Source: Ignavibacteriota bacterium
Lineage (GTDB): Bacteria > Bacteroidota > Ignavibacteria > Palsa-1295
DNA length: 64,000 nt
Direction of reading: 5' to 3'
Assembly: GCA_963736195.1 (NCBI GenBank)
Contig: CAVTNP010000004.1
Span: 1,229,153 to 1,293,152, forward strand
Shown here: one piece after another, positions 53,509 to 63,998 of the stretch
Layout of the letters: the number at the start of each line of letters is the position of its first letter
How positions within the stretch are numbered: the first letter of the stretch is position 1
The notes under the pieces: model-generated
Seen by the model: the letters and a program-made list of their open reading frames with translations, nothing else
Databases searched by the model: none
Told to the model about the DNA's origin: nothing
Position numbers and translations under genes: made by a program

Positions 53509-55356
53509 ATGCTTATCCGCCTATACAAAAAGCTTCTACCTTTCGCGAAACCGTATCGCGGAAAGATGATTCTGTCTTCTATATTAAATATCCTCAGCAA
53601 TGCAGTTGGCAGTGTTAATATGCTTGCGTTGCTGCCGATCGTGAGTGTTATACTTGGCGAGCAAAGTGTAATGCCAACCGGCAATTCTTCCACACCGACT
53701 ATTCTCCAACGATTTAGTAATCTTTTTATTATCAGAGATTCCCATGCTGTGCTGAATCAGATCGGATCACTGGGACGCATTTGCATTTTTATTTTTGCTA
53801 CCTATGCTGTTAAAAACATCTTCCAATATGCAAGCGGGTACTTAATGGCGCTTGTGGAAAATGGCATGGCGCGAAGCTTACGAGATACTGTTTTCGAAAA
53901 CCTCTCGAAGCTTTCGCTTGATTATTATTACGATCGCAAATCCGGACATTTACTCAGCCGACTCACAAACGATGTGAGTTCGGTGAACGCAACCCTTTCA
54001 AGCAGTATTATGACCGCCGTCGGTCAGCCGGTTCAGATCGCTATTTTCATAACAACTATGGTCCTCATCAATGTCAAGATGACGATCGTATCGATTCTCA
54101 TTGCGGCGCTCTCGCTTTATCTTGTTCGTCTTTTTAGGACAACGATCAAAAAAATGTCGCATCGCTTACAGGACTTGCAAGGTGACATCCTAAGCGTTGC
54201 ACAGGAAATGATCTCCGGAATTAAGGTGGTGAAATCCTTTGGTATGGAAAAATATGAGGTACGCCGCTTCAATGCCGAAACAGCAAAGCATTATGACGGC
54301 AGCCGCCGACTTGCACGGATAAGACTTGTTACCAGTCCGATCAATGAAACGCTTGCAACACTTGGGTTTATTGGCATTCTTTGGTTCGGCGCGAATGCCG
54401 TATTTGCCCATGAAATGATGGGAAGCGAAGTTATCTATTTCCTCGCTGCTCTTATATCTCTGATGCAGCCGATCAAATCGCTCAGTGAGTTAAATTCTCG
54501 CCTCTATGAAGGCTCAGCAGCGGCAGAAAACCTATTTGCGATCTTAGAGGCAGAGCCAAGCGTAAAGCCCGGTAACCTTTCAGCATCGAAAATCATCAGC
54601 CATCCCATTATTTTTGAGGACGTCACCTTCCGGTATAAATCCGTGACTGAAAATGCGATCGATCATATCGACCTGGAAATTTTTCCGAACGAAGTGCTGG
54701 CGCTTGTCGGCCCAAGCGGGGCGGGAAAGACTACGCTTGTCGACCTGCTCGTCCGCTTTTATGATCCGACCTCTGGCACAATAAAGCTTAATGGACACGA
54801 CATTCGTGAGTACGATTTCGAAAGCCTTCGCGCACTTTTTGGCATCGTGACACAGGATACGTTATTATTCCATGATACAATCCTAAACAATATTGCCTAT
54901 GGGAACCGCGATGCTTCGGCGGGAATGATTCAGAATGCAGCAAAGGCCGCCAATGCGCACGACTTCATCATGCAAATGCCCAACGGCTACGAAACCCTAG
55001 CCGGCGACCGCGGCGTGCGCCTTTCTGGCGGACAGCGCCAGCGCATCGCCATTGCACGCGCACTCTTGAAAGACCCTCCCATCCTTATTTTCGATGAAGC
55101 CACCAGCGCGCTCGACACCGAAAGCGAAATGCTCGTCCAGGAAGCGATACAAAATTTATTGCACCATCGAACTGCGGTTGTTATTGCACATCGCCTTTCG
55201 ACGATTCAGCAGGCCGACCGCATTGTGGTTATGGATAAAGGCCGCATCGTCGAAACAGGCAGTCATTCGGAATTATTATCGAATCAGGATGGGCTGTATC
55301 ATCGGCTTTATACTATTCAATCGAGAGCTGGAACAGAAGGGGTGATTTTGGACTGA
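53509..55356 (+). CDS. msbA: ABC transporter permease/ATP-binding protein, MsbA-like lipid A/lipid exporter
   Basis: Six-TM N-domain. Walker A is GPSGAGKTT. ABC signature is LSGGQRQRIAIARALL. Walker B is ILIFDEATSALD. Length 615 aa. Confidence 0.8.
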   Translation: MLIRLYKKLLPFAKPYRGKMILSSILNILSNAVGSVNMLALLPIVSVILGEQSVMPTGNSSTPTILQRFSNLFIIRDSHAVLNQIGSLGRICIFIFATYAVKNIFQYASGYLMALVENGMARSLRDTVFENLSKLSLDYYYDRKSGHLLSRLTNDVSSVNATLSSSIMTAVGQPVQIAIFITTMVLINVKMTIVSILIAALSLYLVRLFRTTIKKMSHRLQDLQGDILSVAQEMISGIKVVKSFGMEKYEVRRFNAETAKHYDGSRRLARIRLVTSPINETLATLGFIGILWFGANAVFAHEMMGSEVIYFLAALISLMQPIKSLSELNSRLYEGSAAAENLFAILEAEPSVKPGNLSASKIISHPIIFEDVTFRYKSVTENAIDHIDLEIFPNEVLALVGPSGAGKTTLVDLLVRFYDPTSGTIKLNGHDIREYDFESLRALFGIVTQDTLLFHDTILNNIAYGNRDASAGMIQNAAKAANAHDFIMQMPNGYETLAGDRGVRLSGGQRQRIAIARALLKDPPILIFDEATSALDTESEMLVQEAIQNLLHHRTAVVIAHRLSTIQQADRIVVMDKGRIVETGSHSELLSNQDGLYHRLYTIQSRAGTEGVILD

Positions 55357-55369
55357 ACGCTCCTGTTCA

Positions 55370-56251
55370 TCATTCCCTTGTTGCTCGTTCGATCTCTTCA
55401 CGCTTCGATTGCATGGCACCAGCATGAATGCCACACGGAAAAACTGCTGCGTGGTAATCCATTGATTGCAACCTGCGAGAGTAGTACCAGTCCTCGCCAG
55501 CGTAATTTCGAATCCCTTCACCAATGGGAGGCATCCCAAACTCTCGAAAAAAGTTTGAAGAGAACAGATTGAACTGACCGTTGAACGACGCTCGTATCTT
55601 TACGTCTGCCATCCCATTCGGAAGTTCAATATGAACCTGCTTTATCGTCGGATGATTGCGTTCTTCAATCTCATCATCCGTCATACTAATGACTCTGACA
55701 TTATCTGATTGCAATGCATGGAGTAAGGTGATCGCGTCATCAAGGAATGGTCGTTGGACCGTTGTATCGTCGTCCATCCAGACGATATAATCTGGCGATT
55801 CCATGGCAAGTAATCTCAGTGCTTGATTGATGGCGAAACTTTTTTGCCATTGAGGAACTTCATTGTGCCTGTTAAGGAGAACTTTATTTATATATCGCTT
55901 GTTGAGCTTTTCAACAAGTAATTCGCAGGTTCCGTCCGTGCTCCCGTTATCGATAGCAAGAATAGGAAGCGCGGGCTCGTGAAGGTGTAACGATTCGATT
56001 GCCCGTTCGGTTAGCGATTTTCGATCATAAGAAAAAACAATAGCCCAAATATTCCTTCCCTCCGGATTCTGATGAAATTCTTGCACTCCGTGCACAAGCC
56101 GGTTCTCAATCCGAATAAAAGCATTATCCACGGAATGCTGCATGAATTCGCGGCTCCGGTTCAAAAGCCGTTTAGTTCGCCGGTAGTAGAACCATGTCGT
56201 GGTGAGTACCGCCAAAGTAAGTGCCGATAAAGCTATTGCGATGAATGTCAT
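55370..56251 (-). CDS. Glycosyltransferase family 2 (membrane-anchored)
   Basis: N-terminal TM. ILAIDNGSTDGT is the DXD-region Rossmann-like signature of GT-A. Followed by WMDDDT. Confidence 0.75.
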   Translation of the reverse strand: MTFIAIALSALTLAVLTTTWFYYRRTKRLLNRSREFMQHSVDNAFIRIENRLVHGVQEFHQNPEGRNIWAIVFSYDRKSLTERAIESLHLHEPALPILAIDNGSTDGTCELLVEKLNKRYINKVLLNRHNEVPQWQKSFAINQALRLLAMESPDYIVWMDDDTTVQRPFLDDAITLLHALQSDNVRVISMTDDEIEERNHPTIKQVHIELPNGMADVKIRASFNGQFNLFSSNFFREFGMPPIGEGIRNYAGEDWYYSRRLQSMDYHAAVFPCGIHAGAMQSKREEIERATRE

Positions 56252-57471
56252 TACAAAATATCCTTTCCGTGCATGATGTTTTCCTCAACAAGTTCTTTGA
56301 CGGCATCGAAAACTTTTCCAACAGGAATAGTAGAAACTGGCTGACCATACGTCGGAGTAAGTACACGGTTGGGGACTTTATAGGGCGGCCACTCGTGATG
56401 GAACGGATATAGACCGACCACCGGCCGGGATTCCGCCGAAGCGACATGAATTACAGAAGTATCCGGCGATATAACCAAACTTGAGCCACGTACAATACCG
56501 ATAAGTTCATGGATTGACCGCGTCGGTTGAAAGTGTATTCGTGCTATCGAATGCATCTTTAAAAAATCCTCTACGCTCTGCGCAACAATAGGCGACGCAG
56601 TCCAAATAATCGAATGATCGAAGAATTTACCTAATAATTGCTTCGACAGTTCCAGGGAATTAGCCAGCCCAAATTCCTTAAATTCCATCTTCGCATCGAG
56701 ATTGATGTGGAAATAATTACAGTTTTTATCGGCATCTAAATGAATACGAAGCAAAGACTGCACAGAACGAATCGCCGATTCATCCGGTAAGAGCGATGGT
56801 CGCCATTCTTCAGCTTTGATGTTCATCTTGAGCGTCCGCTCAAGATGCAGACGCATGAGATCGAGCAGAGGCCCATCGTCAGGCCGAATGGACGTAGGAA
56901 CACAGATAGAAAAGAGTCTTTCATACCGTTCGGCAGGATCATCGGCAAGGAGAACCATGCTGGAGAGTGCTCGGGAAGCAAACAATTTTGAAAGGATGGC
57001 CATTTTTGTTTTCTTGTTGTATATCATGGGGAAGACCAGATCCCAATCCTGTTTTCGTGTATTTCGAGCAACCCTCCATACTTCACCTATAGATGTACCA
57101 TTACATTCAAACCGGTAATCGACATCGGTATCATGAGCGACCACAGGCATATTGCGAACGCTGCCAACGATACCGATCTTTATATGCGGATACTTTTGCT
57201 TGAGGATCCTCCAAAAAGGTGTGGTTAAGACCATGTCGCCAATGGCGTCGTTGCGAATGATGAGGATGTTCTTGATCTTGTTAGGATCAAGCGGCGCAAC
57301 AACCTCTCGAGGATCGATCCATCGGCTTACCATGCGAAGAAATAATCGTTTTGCTAAGTGTTCGATCCGTTTGCCCAAACGGCGTTGGAAGGGGTCTGTG
57401 CGCAAATGTTCTTTATGCCGCCTTCGTTTGCGATACGTTTTGCGAAGCTTACGTTCGTTCACTCTGTCCAT
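56251..57471 (-). CDS. Glycosyltransferase family 9 paralog with ~80 aa basic N-terminal extension
   Basis: ILIIRNDAIGDMVLTTPFWRILKQKYPHIKIGIVGS. The start was chosen at the internal Met (MDRVNERKLRKTYRKRRRHKEH...) to avoid overlapping the upstream paralog; the ORF-track start is 57708. Confidence 0.7.
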   Translation of the reverse strand: MDRVNERKLRKTYRKRRRHKEHLRTDPFQRRLGKRIEHLAKRLFLRMVSRWIDPREVVAPLDPNKIKNILIIRNDAIGDMVLTTPFWRILKQKYPHIKIGIVGSVRNMPVVAHDTDVDYRFECNGTSIGEVWRVARNTRKQDWDLVFPMIYNKKTKMAILSKLFASRALSSMVLLADDPAERYERLFSICVPTSIRPDDGPLLDLMRLHLERTLKMNIKAEEWRPSLLPDESAIRSVQSLLRIHLDADKNCNYFHINLDAKMEFKEFGLANSLELSKQLLGKFFDHSIIWTASPIVAQSVEDFLKMHSIARIHFQPTRSIHELIGIVRGSSLVISPDTSVIHVASAESRPVVGLYPFHHEWPPYKVPNRVLTPTYGQPVSTIPVGKVFDAVKELVEENIMHGKDIL

Positions 57472-57520
57472 GGTGATTCCGTTTGAAATAGCAAAAGTAT
57501 CTTGTATAAGCGAGTATTTC

Positions 57521-58783
57521 TTATGGAGCCACCGTAACCGCAGGCTCAAGTAATAATTCCCTGCACGCTTCGAGTACTGCTTCGACCGGAATACTCGAAA
57601 CGGGTTGCTCTCGTTCCGCAAGCAATAATCTGTATGGTGTTTTATACGGCGGCCATTCATGGCGAACCGGATACAACGCCACGACCGGCCGCTCGAACGC
57701 CGATGCAATATGCACGACCGAGGTATCCGGTGTAACCACCAGAGTAGCTCCTTTTACCAGCGCGAGAAGTTCGTGAATATTGCTTGTCCTAAAATAGTGA
57801 ATTCGAGGAAGGTTGTGCTCTTTCAAGAACGCTTCTATAACCGGTGCAGCCTGTGGTGAAGAAGTCCAAAGAATTGATGTTCCCGGATATACCTCGATCA
57901 GCTTTCGTGAAAGTTCGAGCGAAGCATTCGTGCCATATTCCTTAAACGCAGTCTTCGCTTCAAGATTGATGTGAATATATCTCGTTGCACCGTCCGTTTG
58001 CAGCAATAGTTTCGTGCGCTCCTCAACGTGATGCGCTGGTTCAGGATCAGGATACAATATGGGCTTCCAGTCATTGGGATCGATCTTCATGTCAAGCACA
58101 CCCATTAAATGGATTCGCATTTGCTCGATCATTTCTATGTCTTCCGTTCGATATGGCGATTGGACGACGATGGAAAAAAGCTTGCTTCGTTTCTCCACAC
58201 TTTCGCCGGGTTTAACGAGTGTGCTCGATATGCTTCCAGGCGCGAGGAACCGGGAAACGACCGCCATCTTTGTTTTGCGATAGTACATCATCGGCATCAC
58301 AACATCCCACTTCTCCTTGGCGATCACCCTTTTCGCATTCCACATCGCTTTTAGGTCGCCCTCTGTTGCATCGAAGATTCTGTCAACATTGGGATCGTGG
58401 TCAAGCAACGCACGATTGCGAAAACTCGCTGCCACTCCAATGCGAATGTGTGGAAATTGTTGCCGAACGGCATGCCATAATGGCGTCGTCAGTATCATAT
58501 CTCCGATGGCATCGTTGCGAATGAAGAGTATGCTCTTTATGGAATTGGGATCAAGCGGCGCCTGTACATGCCTGACGCCAAGCAGTTTCCCAAGCAAGCC
58601 CGTCCATAGGGCCTTGTTCACCTGTTCTATCGCACGAATGATCCGTTTATACAACGGGTAGCCGTAGAAAAAGTCCTTATGCCGGCGGCGCTTAGAATAG
58701 ATTTTTTCGTGCTTGTCGTCGGAGATCATTTCTGCGTTTGGACGCTTAGATAGTTCGTCTGCTGAAGACTGATTGAACGCCAA
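57521..58783 (-). CDS. Glycosyltransferase family 9 paralog with ~90 aa N-terminal extension
   Basis: ILFIRNDAIGDMILTTPLWHAVRQQFPHIRIGVAAS. The extension ...KRRRHKDFF...APLDPNSIK is homologous to that of the 56251 gene. Confidence 0.7.
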   Translation of the reverse strand: MAFNQSSADELSKRPNAEMISDDKHEKIYSKRRRHKDFFYGYPLYKRIIRAIEQVNKALWTGLLGKLLGVRHVQAPLDPNSIKSILFIRNDAIGDMILTTPLWHAVRQQFPHIRIGVAASFRNRALLDHDPNVDRIFDATEGDLKAMWNAKRVIAKEKWDVVMPMMYYRKTKMAVVSRFLAPGSISSTLVKPGESVEKRSKLFSIVVQSPYRTEDIEMIEQMRIHLMGVLDMKIDPNDWKPILYPDPEPAHHVEERTKLLLQTDGATRYIHINLEAKTAFKEYGTNASLELSRKLIEVYPGTSILWTSSPQAAPVIEAFLKEHNLPRIHYFRTSNIHELLALVKGATLVVTPDTSVVHIASAFERPVVALYPVRHEWPPYKTPYRLLLAEREQPVSSIPVEAVLEACRELLLEPAVTVAP

Positions 58784-58813
58784 TGAAGGAAGGGAAGTTT
58801 GCTTTAGAACTCT

Positions 58814-59974
58814 ATGGGTATTCTTTCTCCTTTTTTGGAAATCCGTCGGCGACGAAGGACTCTTTCTACGCTGGACTCCCCTGTCAGGAAAACGCTGCGA
58901 TCCTATGAGGCGCGTGCTAAACTCGCGCTAATGGGAGCCTTGGGTAGTATACTTCGGCCCGTCAAGGAGCCGTTGCCTCTCAACCCTATGGAAACGCGTT
59001 TCGTCCTCATCCTCCGCTATGATGCTCTCGGGGATGCGATTCTAACTACTCCAGTTTGGCATGCGATCAAGGCCGCAAACCCGAACATTCATATTGGCGT
59101 GGCTGGCAGTGCGCGGAATATCGCATTTTTGCGAAAGGATGAGACGATCGACTCCAGCTATGTTTTTTCACGCGGAATGTCACCACGTCTCTTGAGGGAA
59201 CTCTGGAAAGCACGTCAGAAAAAATGGGATGTCGTCATTAACCTTTTTTTTCATGACAAAACTCGGGGAGCAATCTTTGCTAAGCTTGTCGCACCACACG
59301 CTGCAAGCGTAACGATGGTCCGAGACAACGGCGAAAAGTACGAAACGATCTATACCTGTGTGGGAAACCGACCGCGTGAACTCACTCCGATGGTACTTCA
59401 GAACATCGCTGCGACGAAGCTCGCATTGAAACTTCCGATCGGGACCGAGAACTTCGTTCCGACTCTTCCGGTAAGTTTGACACATTCGTCCGTATTCGAA
59501 CGCTCTCTACCAACGAGAGATTACATCATTCTTCACGTCGAAGCCTCGCAGGATTACAAAGAATGGGGAATAAAGCATTGTTTAGAATTTACAAAAACTG
59601 TCTTAGCTCGGCGTCCAGATCTGATTATTTTGTGGACTGGCTCCCCTGCGCGTTCTGAAACATGTTCGAATGCGCTCTCAGAATTTGATCCAACAAGAGC
59701 ACGCTATCTTTTCACACCTTCGCTTGAAGAACTTGCTACAGCAATAGCACATGCTCGGGCTATCGTGAGTCCTGATACTTCCGTGATCCATGTCGCGACT
59801 GCCCAGGAGGTGCCCGTCGTCGGTCTCTATATGGAACCCAATGAATTTCTGCCGTACAAATCTCCTTCCAGGGTCCTGTTCGCGCCTGATGGGAAACTGG
59901 CATCGGGAATACCGATCGAGGATGTATATGCCGCACTTGAAGACCTGCTTTCCGAACCCAGCCGAAAAGGATAA
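58814..59974 (+). CDS. Glycosyltransferase family 9 paralog (divergently transcribed), N-terminal extension present if start at 58814
   Basis: VLILRYDALGDAILTTPVWHAIKAANPNIHIGVAGS. Alternative starts at 58931 or 58988 (METRFVLIL...) would give a canonical GT9 N-terminus. Confidence 0.7.
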   Translation: MGILSPFLEIRRRRRTLSTLDSPVRKTLRSYEARAKLALMGALGSILRPVKEPLPLNPMETRFVLILRYDALGDAILTTPVWHAIKAANPNIHIGVAGSARNIAFLRKDETIDSSYVFSRGMSPRLLRELWKARQKKWDVVINLFFHDKTRGAIFAKLVAPHAASVTMVRDNGEKYETIYTCVGNRPRELTPMVLQNIAATKLALKLPIGTENFVPTLPVSLTHSSVFERSLPTRDYIILHVEASQDYKEWGIKHCLEFTKTVLARRPDLIILWTGSPARSETCSNALSEFDPTRARYLFTPSLEELATAIAHARAIVSPDTSVIHVATAQEVPVVGLYMEPNEFLPYKSPSRVLFAPDGKLASGIPIEDVYAALEDLLSEPSRKG

Positions 59975-59978
59975 ATCA

Positions 59979-61622
59979 CTAATAATATAAGACATAGGAC
60001 CGGTACACCTTTTCATGGGAGAAACACCTGTGGAGCTTCTTGGTTAGGCTATCCCATAAGGCAATTTCACTTACCGGTGGATGAAAGAATCGATCTTCAA
60101 AGCGCGTGATCACCGCTAATTCTCGAGCCGAATCTGCTGTGCATTCCAACGAAACAGAGCTGTCCCACGTCATAGTCCGAGATGTCTTGCCGGGTATCCA
60201 ACCGAGCGTCCAACCGTGTGTGTAGTACGCGAGCTGTGGTGCATATTTCTCGTTCGGAAAATTCGGGTGAATGACCAAAATTGAGGATTTTTCGGGAAGC
60301 AATGTAGCGATCGATGCGACGCTTTCTGCGCCATCTTGATACACATGTTCTTGGGTCGAGAACAGATGAAGAAATGCGAGGGAAAGAAGCAGTACCGAAA
60401 AGCCAACGCTGATCCTGGCATGGTTCTCTGAGGACATCGTTGCGGCAATGCCCAGCGTAACAGCGATTCCAAAGGCAACAAGCCCTTGGGGCACTGTTAT
60501 GAATTCACGCCACCTTATTCTGTGAGTAAATAGTAGCCTAACTTGCTCGCTGGAGGAATAGGCGATAACAAGAAGAAGGACGGTGAAAAAAAAAGCAGAA
60601 AGAGCGTAATGAGATTTGTTGCTCTGTCCGCTGAGGTCCGCGAGAGTGGTTCTGTTCTTTAATAGATCCCAAATGAAACCGATCAGAACTGCTCCAGGAG
60701 CTAAAAGTAGAAATGCAAAATGCGGCATCCGTGTACCCACCAACTGGAGCACAACCAGAAGAGAAAGAATCCACCCAATCGATGCACGAATGGGACGTCC
60801 GACACGAGTTATAAAAACTGCGGCCACAATTAGCGGCAGCCCAACCAACAGGCGGTTCAAGTAGTACCACCAAGCAAGCGTAGATGGCGCATAGTTCCCT
60901 TCTCGGAGTGTTTCCAATGAGCCATAAACATGGTTCCAATAGTCCGGGTGGCGCAGAGTCATCATTACAAACCACGGAGCGACCACCACCAAGGCAACCA
61001 CAAATACTGCGACCACATATCGAATGGTGCGTAGCTTGCCAAGTGCCCGCGGTAATAACAGTATGAAAGGTAAGACGAAAAGTGCCTCCGCAAACTTTGT
61101 GAGCAGCCCAAAGCCAAGTATGACGCCTGCAAGTGCAGCAAATTTCCAACTATCACGATCCAGTGCTATCAGCAAAAAGTAGATCGACGCGAGGCTGAAG
61201 CATAGGACCATGCACTCCATTTGCGCCCGATGGCTAAAGAAAAGAAAAAGGTCCGCTGTAGAAAGTGAAACCGAAGCAACCAAAGCTGCTTCCTTTGACG
61301 AAAACTTCCGAAGAATCATCCAAAGCAGCGCTACGGAAACAGAGGCCGCAACCGCAATTGGTAAGCGAATGGCAAAGGTAGAATCCCCAAGCAGAAATTT
61401 GGAAATAGCAATAAGCCAGACCCCAAACGGCGGGTGAGTTGCAGAATACAATCCTCCGACCGCGTATTTTGTCTGATCGAGCCAGGCACCAAACTTCAGA
61501 CATGACTCTGCACGAATCACGTACAATGACTCATCCCACGGTTGGATCTCTCCAAGTCCCAGCCGAATAAATGGCAATATGCACGCAATCGTCAGTAGAG
61601 CAGCAGGAATTCGACGACCCAT
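59979..61622 (-). CDS. GT-C family glycosyltransferase, ArnT/PMT-like (GT39/GT83; undecaprenyl-phosphate sugar to lipid A or protein)
   Basis: 547 aa polytopic protein. The first periplasmic loop carries IQPWDESLYV (the DE motif of PMT/ArnT enzymes). Thirteen-TM-like hydropathy. Confidence 0.7.
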   Translation of the reverse strand: MGRRIPAALLTIACILPFIRLGLGEIQPWDESLYVIRAESCLKFGAWLDQTKYAVGGLYSATHPPFGVWLIAISKFLLGDSTFAIRLPIAVAASVSVALLWMILRKFSSKEAALVASVSLSTADLFLFFSHRAQMECMVLCFSLASIYFLLIALDRDSWKFAALAGVILGFGLLTKFAEALFVLPFILLLPRALGKLRTIRYVVAVFVVALVVVAPWFVMMTLRHPDYWNHVYGSLETLREGNYAPSTLAWWYYLNRLLVGLPLIVAAVFITRVGRPIRASIGWILSLLVVLQLVGTRMPHFAFLLLAPGAVLIGFIWDLLKNRTTLADLSGQSNKSHYALSAFFFTVLLLVIAYSSSEQVRLLFTHRIRWREFITVPQGLVAFGIAVTLGIAATMSSENHARISVGFSVLLLSLAFLHLFSTQEHVYQDGAESVASIATLLPEKSSILVIHPNFPNEKYAPQLAYYTHGWTLGWIPGKTSRTMTWDSSVSLECTADSARELAVITRFEDRFFHPPVSEIALWDSLTKKLHRCFSHEKVYRSYVLYY

Positions 61623-62606
61623 TTATTGAATAACAAGCGGTGAAGGTGTAAAACAGATCACAAATAGTAGAATCGCGAAATATCCTATGACTTTTCGCCG
61701 CACATCGAGAGTACTCTCGTCCTCACTTGGCGGATGCCGGAACCGAATAACGAACGTTGTGATCAACGCCCACAGCAGCCACGTTTCGCCCCCAGGAATA
61801 GAAACAGCGCGAAGCCAGCCGGGAGTTGGGTCGATAAATTGCGAAAGAACGGAAGGAATCGAAATGCTGAAAAGTACAAGCGCAACAAGCTGACCCAATC
61901 TTCGGTGCACCCTTCGTCCGAACAGCGTATAGGTAAGATGGCCCCCATCGAGCTGACCGATCGGCAGCAAATTAAGAGCAGTCACAAAAGTCCCGAACCA
62001 TCCAGCACAGAGCATTGGGTAGTGGTATACCTCCGACATTGGTGGAACATAGCTACCTGGATTACGAAATAGTTTTTGCATTCCGCTGAAAAAAAGTGTT
62101 TTCCCAAAGGATAAGTCTAATTCCCGAGGGATGATCGTTGGAGCAGTCGGAAGCGTACTAAATCCAACGGCGAGTATGATAATACACGCTATAAACCCTG
62201 CAATAGGTCCCGCAACACCAATATCGAACATGATCTTGTTCGAAGGAACCCGCGAACGTGTCCGAATAACGGCACCCATCGTTCCAAAGCTAATAGAACC
62301 ATACTGCGCTCCCGGAAAAGGGATGTAAAACGGGAGTGTTGCATCTACACCGTGAATTCTTGCCGCTATGAAGTGTCCGAACTCATGGGCTGTCAGGAAG
62401 AACAGAACGAGCGTGGCGTATTCAAAACCCAAGTGAAGATTAGATAGGTCACCAACATCCTGAACACCAAGCCATGATTCACCGGCAAGCGTTGTCGTAA
62501 TGAACGTCGCTACAAAAAGCAGGATGTGAAGCCACAACCGCTGCTTCCCAAGCAGGCGATCAATGAGTCCATCGAGCGGATGTGGTGGATTAGAAATCTC
62601 GGACAT
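61623..62606 (-). CDS. Site-2 protease family (peptidase M50) membrane metalloprotease
   Basis: HEFGH zinc-binding motif within a TM helix (LTAHEFGHFIAARIHG). Downstream LDGGH-like motif LPIGQLDGGHL. Confidence 0.75.
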   Translation of the reverse strand: MSEISNPPHPLDGLIDRLLGKQRLWLHILLFVATFITTTLAGESWLGVQDVGDLSNLHLGFEYATLVLFFLTAHEFGHFIAARIHGVDATLPFYIPFPGAQYGSISFGTMGAVIRTRSRVPSNKIMFDIGVAGPIAGFIACIIILAVGFSTLPTAPTIIPRELDLSFGKTLFFSGMQKLFRNPGSYVPPMSEVYHYPMLCAGWFGTFVTALNLLPIGQLDGGHLTYTLFGRRVHRRLGQLVALVLFSISIPSVLSQFIDPTPGWLRAVSIPGGETWLLWALITTFVIRFRHPPSEDESTLDVRRKVIGYFAILLFVICFTPSPLVIQ

Positions 62607-63468
62607 CCATTTGTAGTTTAAGCTGGCTCACCTTCGCACCAGCATCAGTACCGGCCCATGATGCACCGTAATAATATTCGAGTTCCAAACCAAGCGCACC
62701 AAAATCAGAGGACATGCGCTCAGCACGAATCCCCCCCGCAATCGATGGCCATACCGGACCATCTCCGCTGGATATGAACATTGACACGGGATATGATTTA
62801 CCAATCGGCCCATACGGACCTTCTCCAAAAACACCTGCAATATCAACAAATCTCCAACTCAGGCTGCAAGGGGAAGCAACCCATGGTTCTATTTTTGTAA
62901 CCTGATGAAAATATCCCCGGACTCCAATCGTCCATGTTATTCCGTCGTCAAACATATTGCGTAATGGAACTTCCCTCATCAGCTCGACGAACTCCCTGCT
63001 ATACCTGCTGCTCGATCCTCCAGTAATGCTGTCTGTGCCATCCACCAGATGGGAAGATATATGGCTGATTCTGAAGCGCCAAGTGGCATTGGCGTCGTGC
63101 CAATCGGCAAAAGCACCGAAGAAATAGTCAGCTGTCTGGACAGGAAACCGGAACTGTGAGAGGGTTTCAAGCCTGCTCCAAACAATACCTTCCAATCCGA
63201 TGCCAACTCCATGTAACTCCATGAAATCCCTCCCAAATCCGAGTTTTAGCCACAGCGATGGATCAAGCATCTCTTTTTCAAAAGCAAAATTGTTGGGTTC
63301 CAGAAACAACTCGGGGTCTTGAACCCATTCGTGCTTATCATAAGGAGGAGCGAATATATAATCCACATGAACATTTCCTCCATCTTGTGCATGGCAGCGT
63401 GATAAACCAAGAAATAGCATCATGAGTGAAATCAACCATTTCAATGCTTGTACACCCTTCCCTTCCAT
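62590..63468 (-). CDS. Hypothetical secreted protein
   Basis: Probable start at the internal Met MEGKGVQALKWLISLMMLFLGLSRCHAQ (signal peptide) near 63468. The ORF-track start at 63837 would overlap the upstream GT2 gene by ~400 nt. Confidence 0.35.
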   Translation of the reverse strand: MEGKGVQALKWLISLMMLFLGLSRCHAQDGGNVHVDYIFAPPYDKHEWVQDPELFLEPNNFAFEKEMLDPSLWLKLGFGRDFMELHGVGIGLEGIVWSRLETLSQFRFPVQTADYFFGAFADWHDANATWRFRISHISSHLVDGTDSITGGSSSRYSREFVELMREVPLRNMFDDGITWTIGVRGYFHQVTKIEPWVASPCSLSWRFVDIAGVFGEGPYGPIGKSYPVSMFISSGDGPVWPSIAGGIRAERMSSDFGALGLELEYYYGASWAGTDAGAKVSQLKLQMDVRDF

Positions 63469-63998
63469 TTCACATTTTTTTGCGCGATCATGATGGGCAT
63501 GGAAAAAACGAAGAGCGCGAGATATACTTCGTAAACTGGAAAATACTTGAGAAGCGATAACTTTCCCGTCCGCGTCAGAACTGGAACGATGATCAAAAGA
63601 TCCGCGAGCCATTTCAGTCCGATCACTGCAAGTGCAGAAACGACTGGCAGAAAAATGAAGGCCGTAACCATGGCAATGTGGGCCAACATTCCTACGATAA
63701 AAATGACATACCCAACGAATTTCAATCCTTCGCCACCCTTCACCCAGCGATGCTTCTGGCGCCACCAAGCGCGAAAGTCGGGGCATGGTTCGCTCATCAC
63801 GGTAAGATCTCGGTGCAAGGGAAATCGAACCTTCCATGGTTTTCTTTTCCAGATCGCCTGAAAAAGCGCATAGTCTTCCGTAACGCTGAACGGAATATTG
63901 CGATAACCGCCGACATCCTCATAGGCCGCACGCCTCAGAGAAATATTATTCCCTATCACCGAAAGCGGGATATTCATATTAGCGCTCGCCGCAGCCAT
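63441..63998 (-). CDS. Glycosyltransferase family 2, processive type (C-terminal part; N-terminus beyond window end)
   Basis: Q-x-x-R-W motif is WRQKHRWVKGG. Preceded by ED (SVTEDYAL) and followed by C-terminal TM helices. The ORF runs to the window edge without a start codon in view. Confidence 0.6.
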   Translation of the reverse strand: MAAASANMNIPLSVIGNNISLRRAAYEDVGGYRNIPFSVTEDYALFQAIWKRKPWKVRFPLHRDLTVMSEPCPDFRAWWRQKHRWVKGGEGLKFVGYVIFIVGMLAHIAMVTAFIFLPVVSALAVIGLKWLADLLIIVPVLTRTGKLSLLKYFPVYEVYLALFVFSMPIMIAQKNVKWKGRVYKH

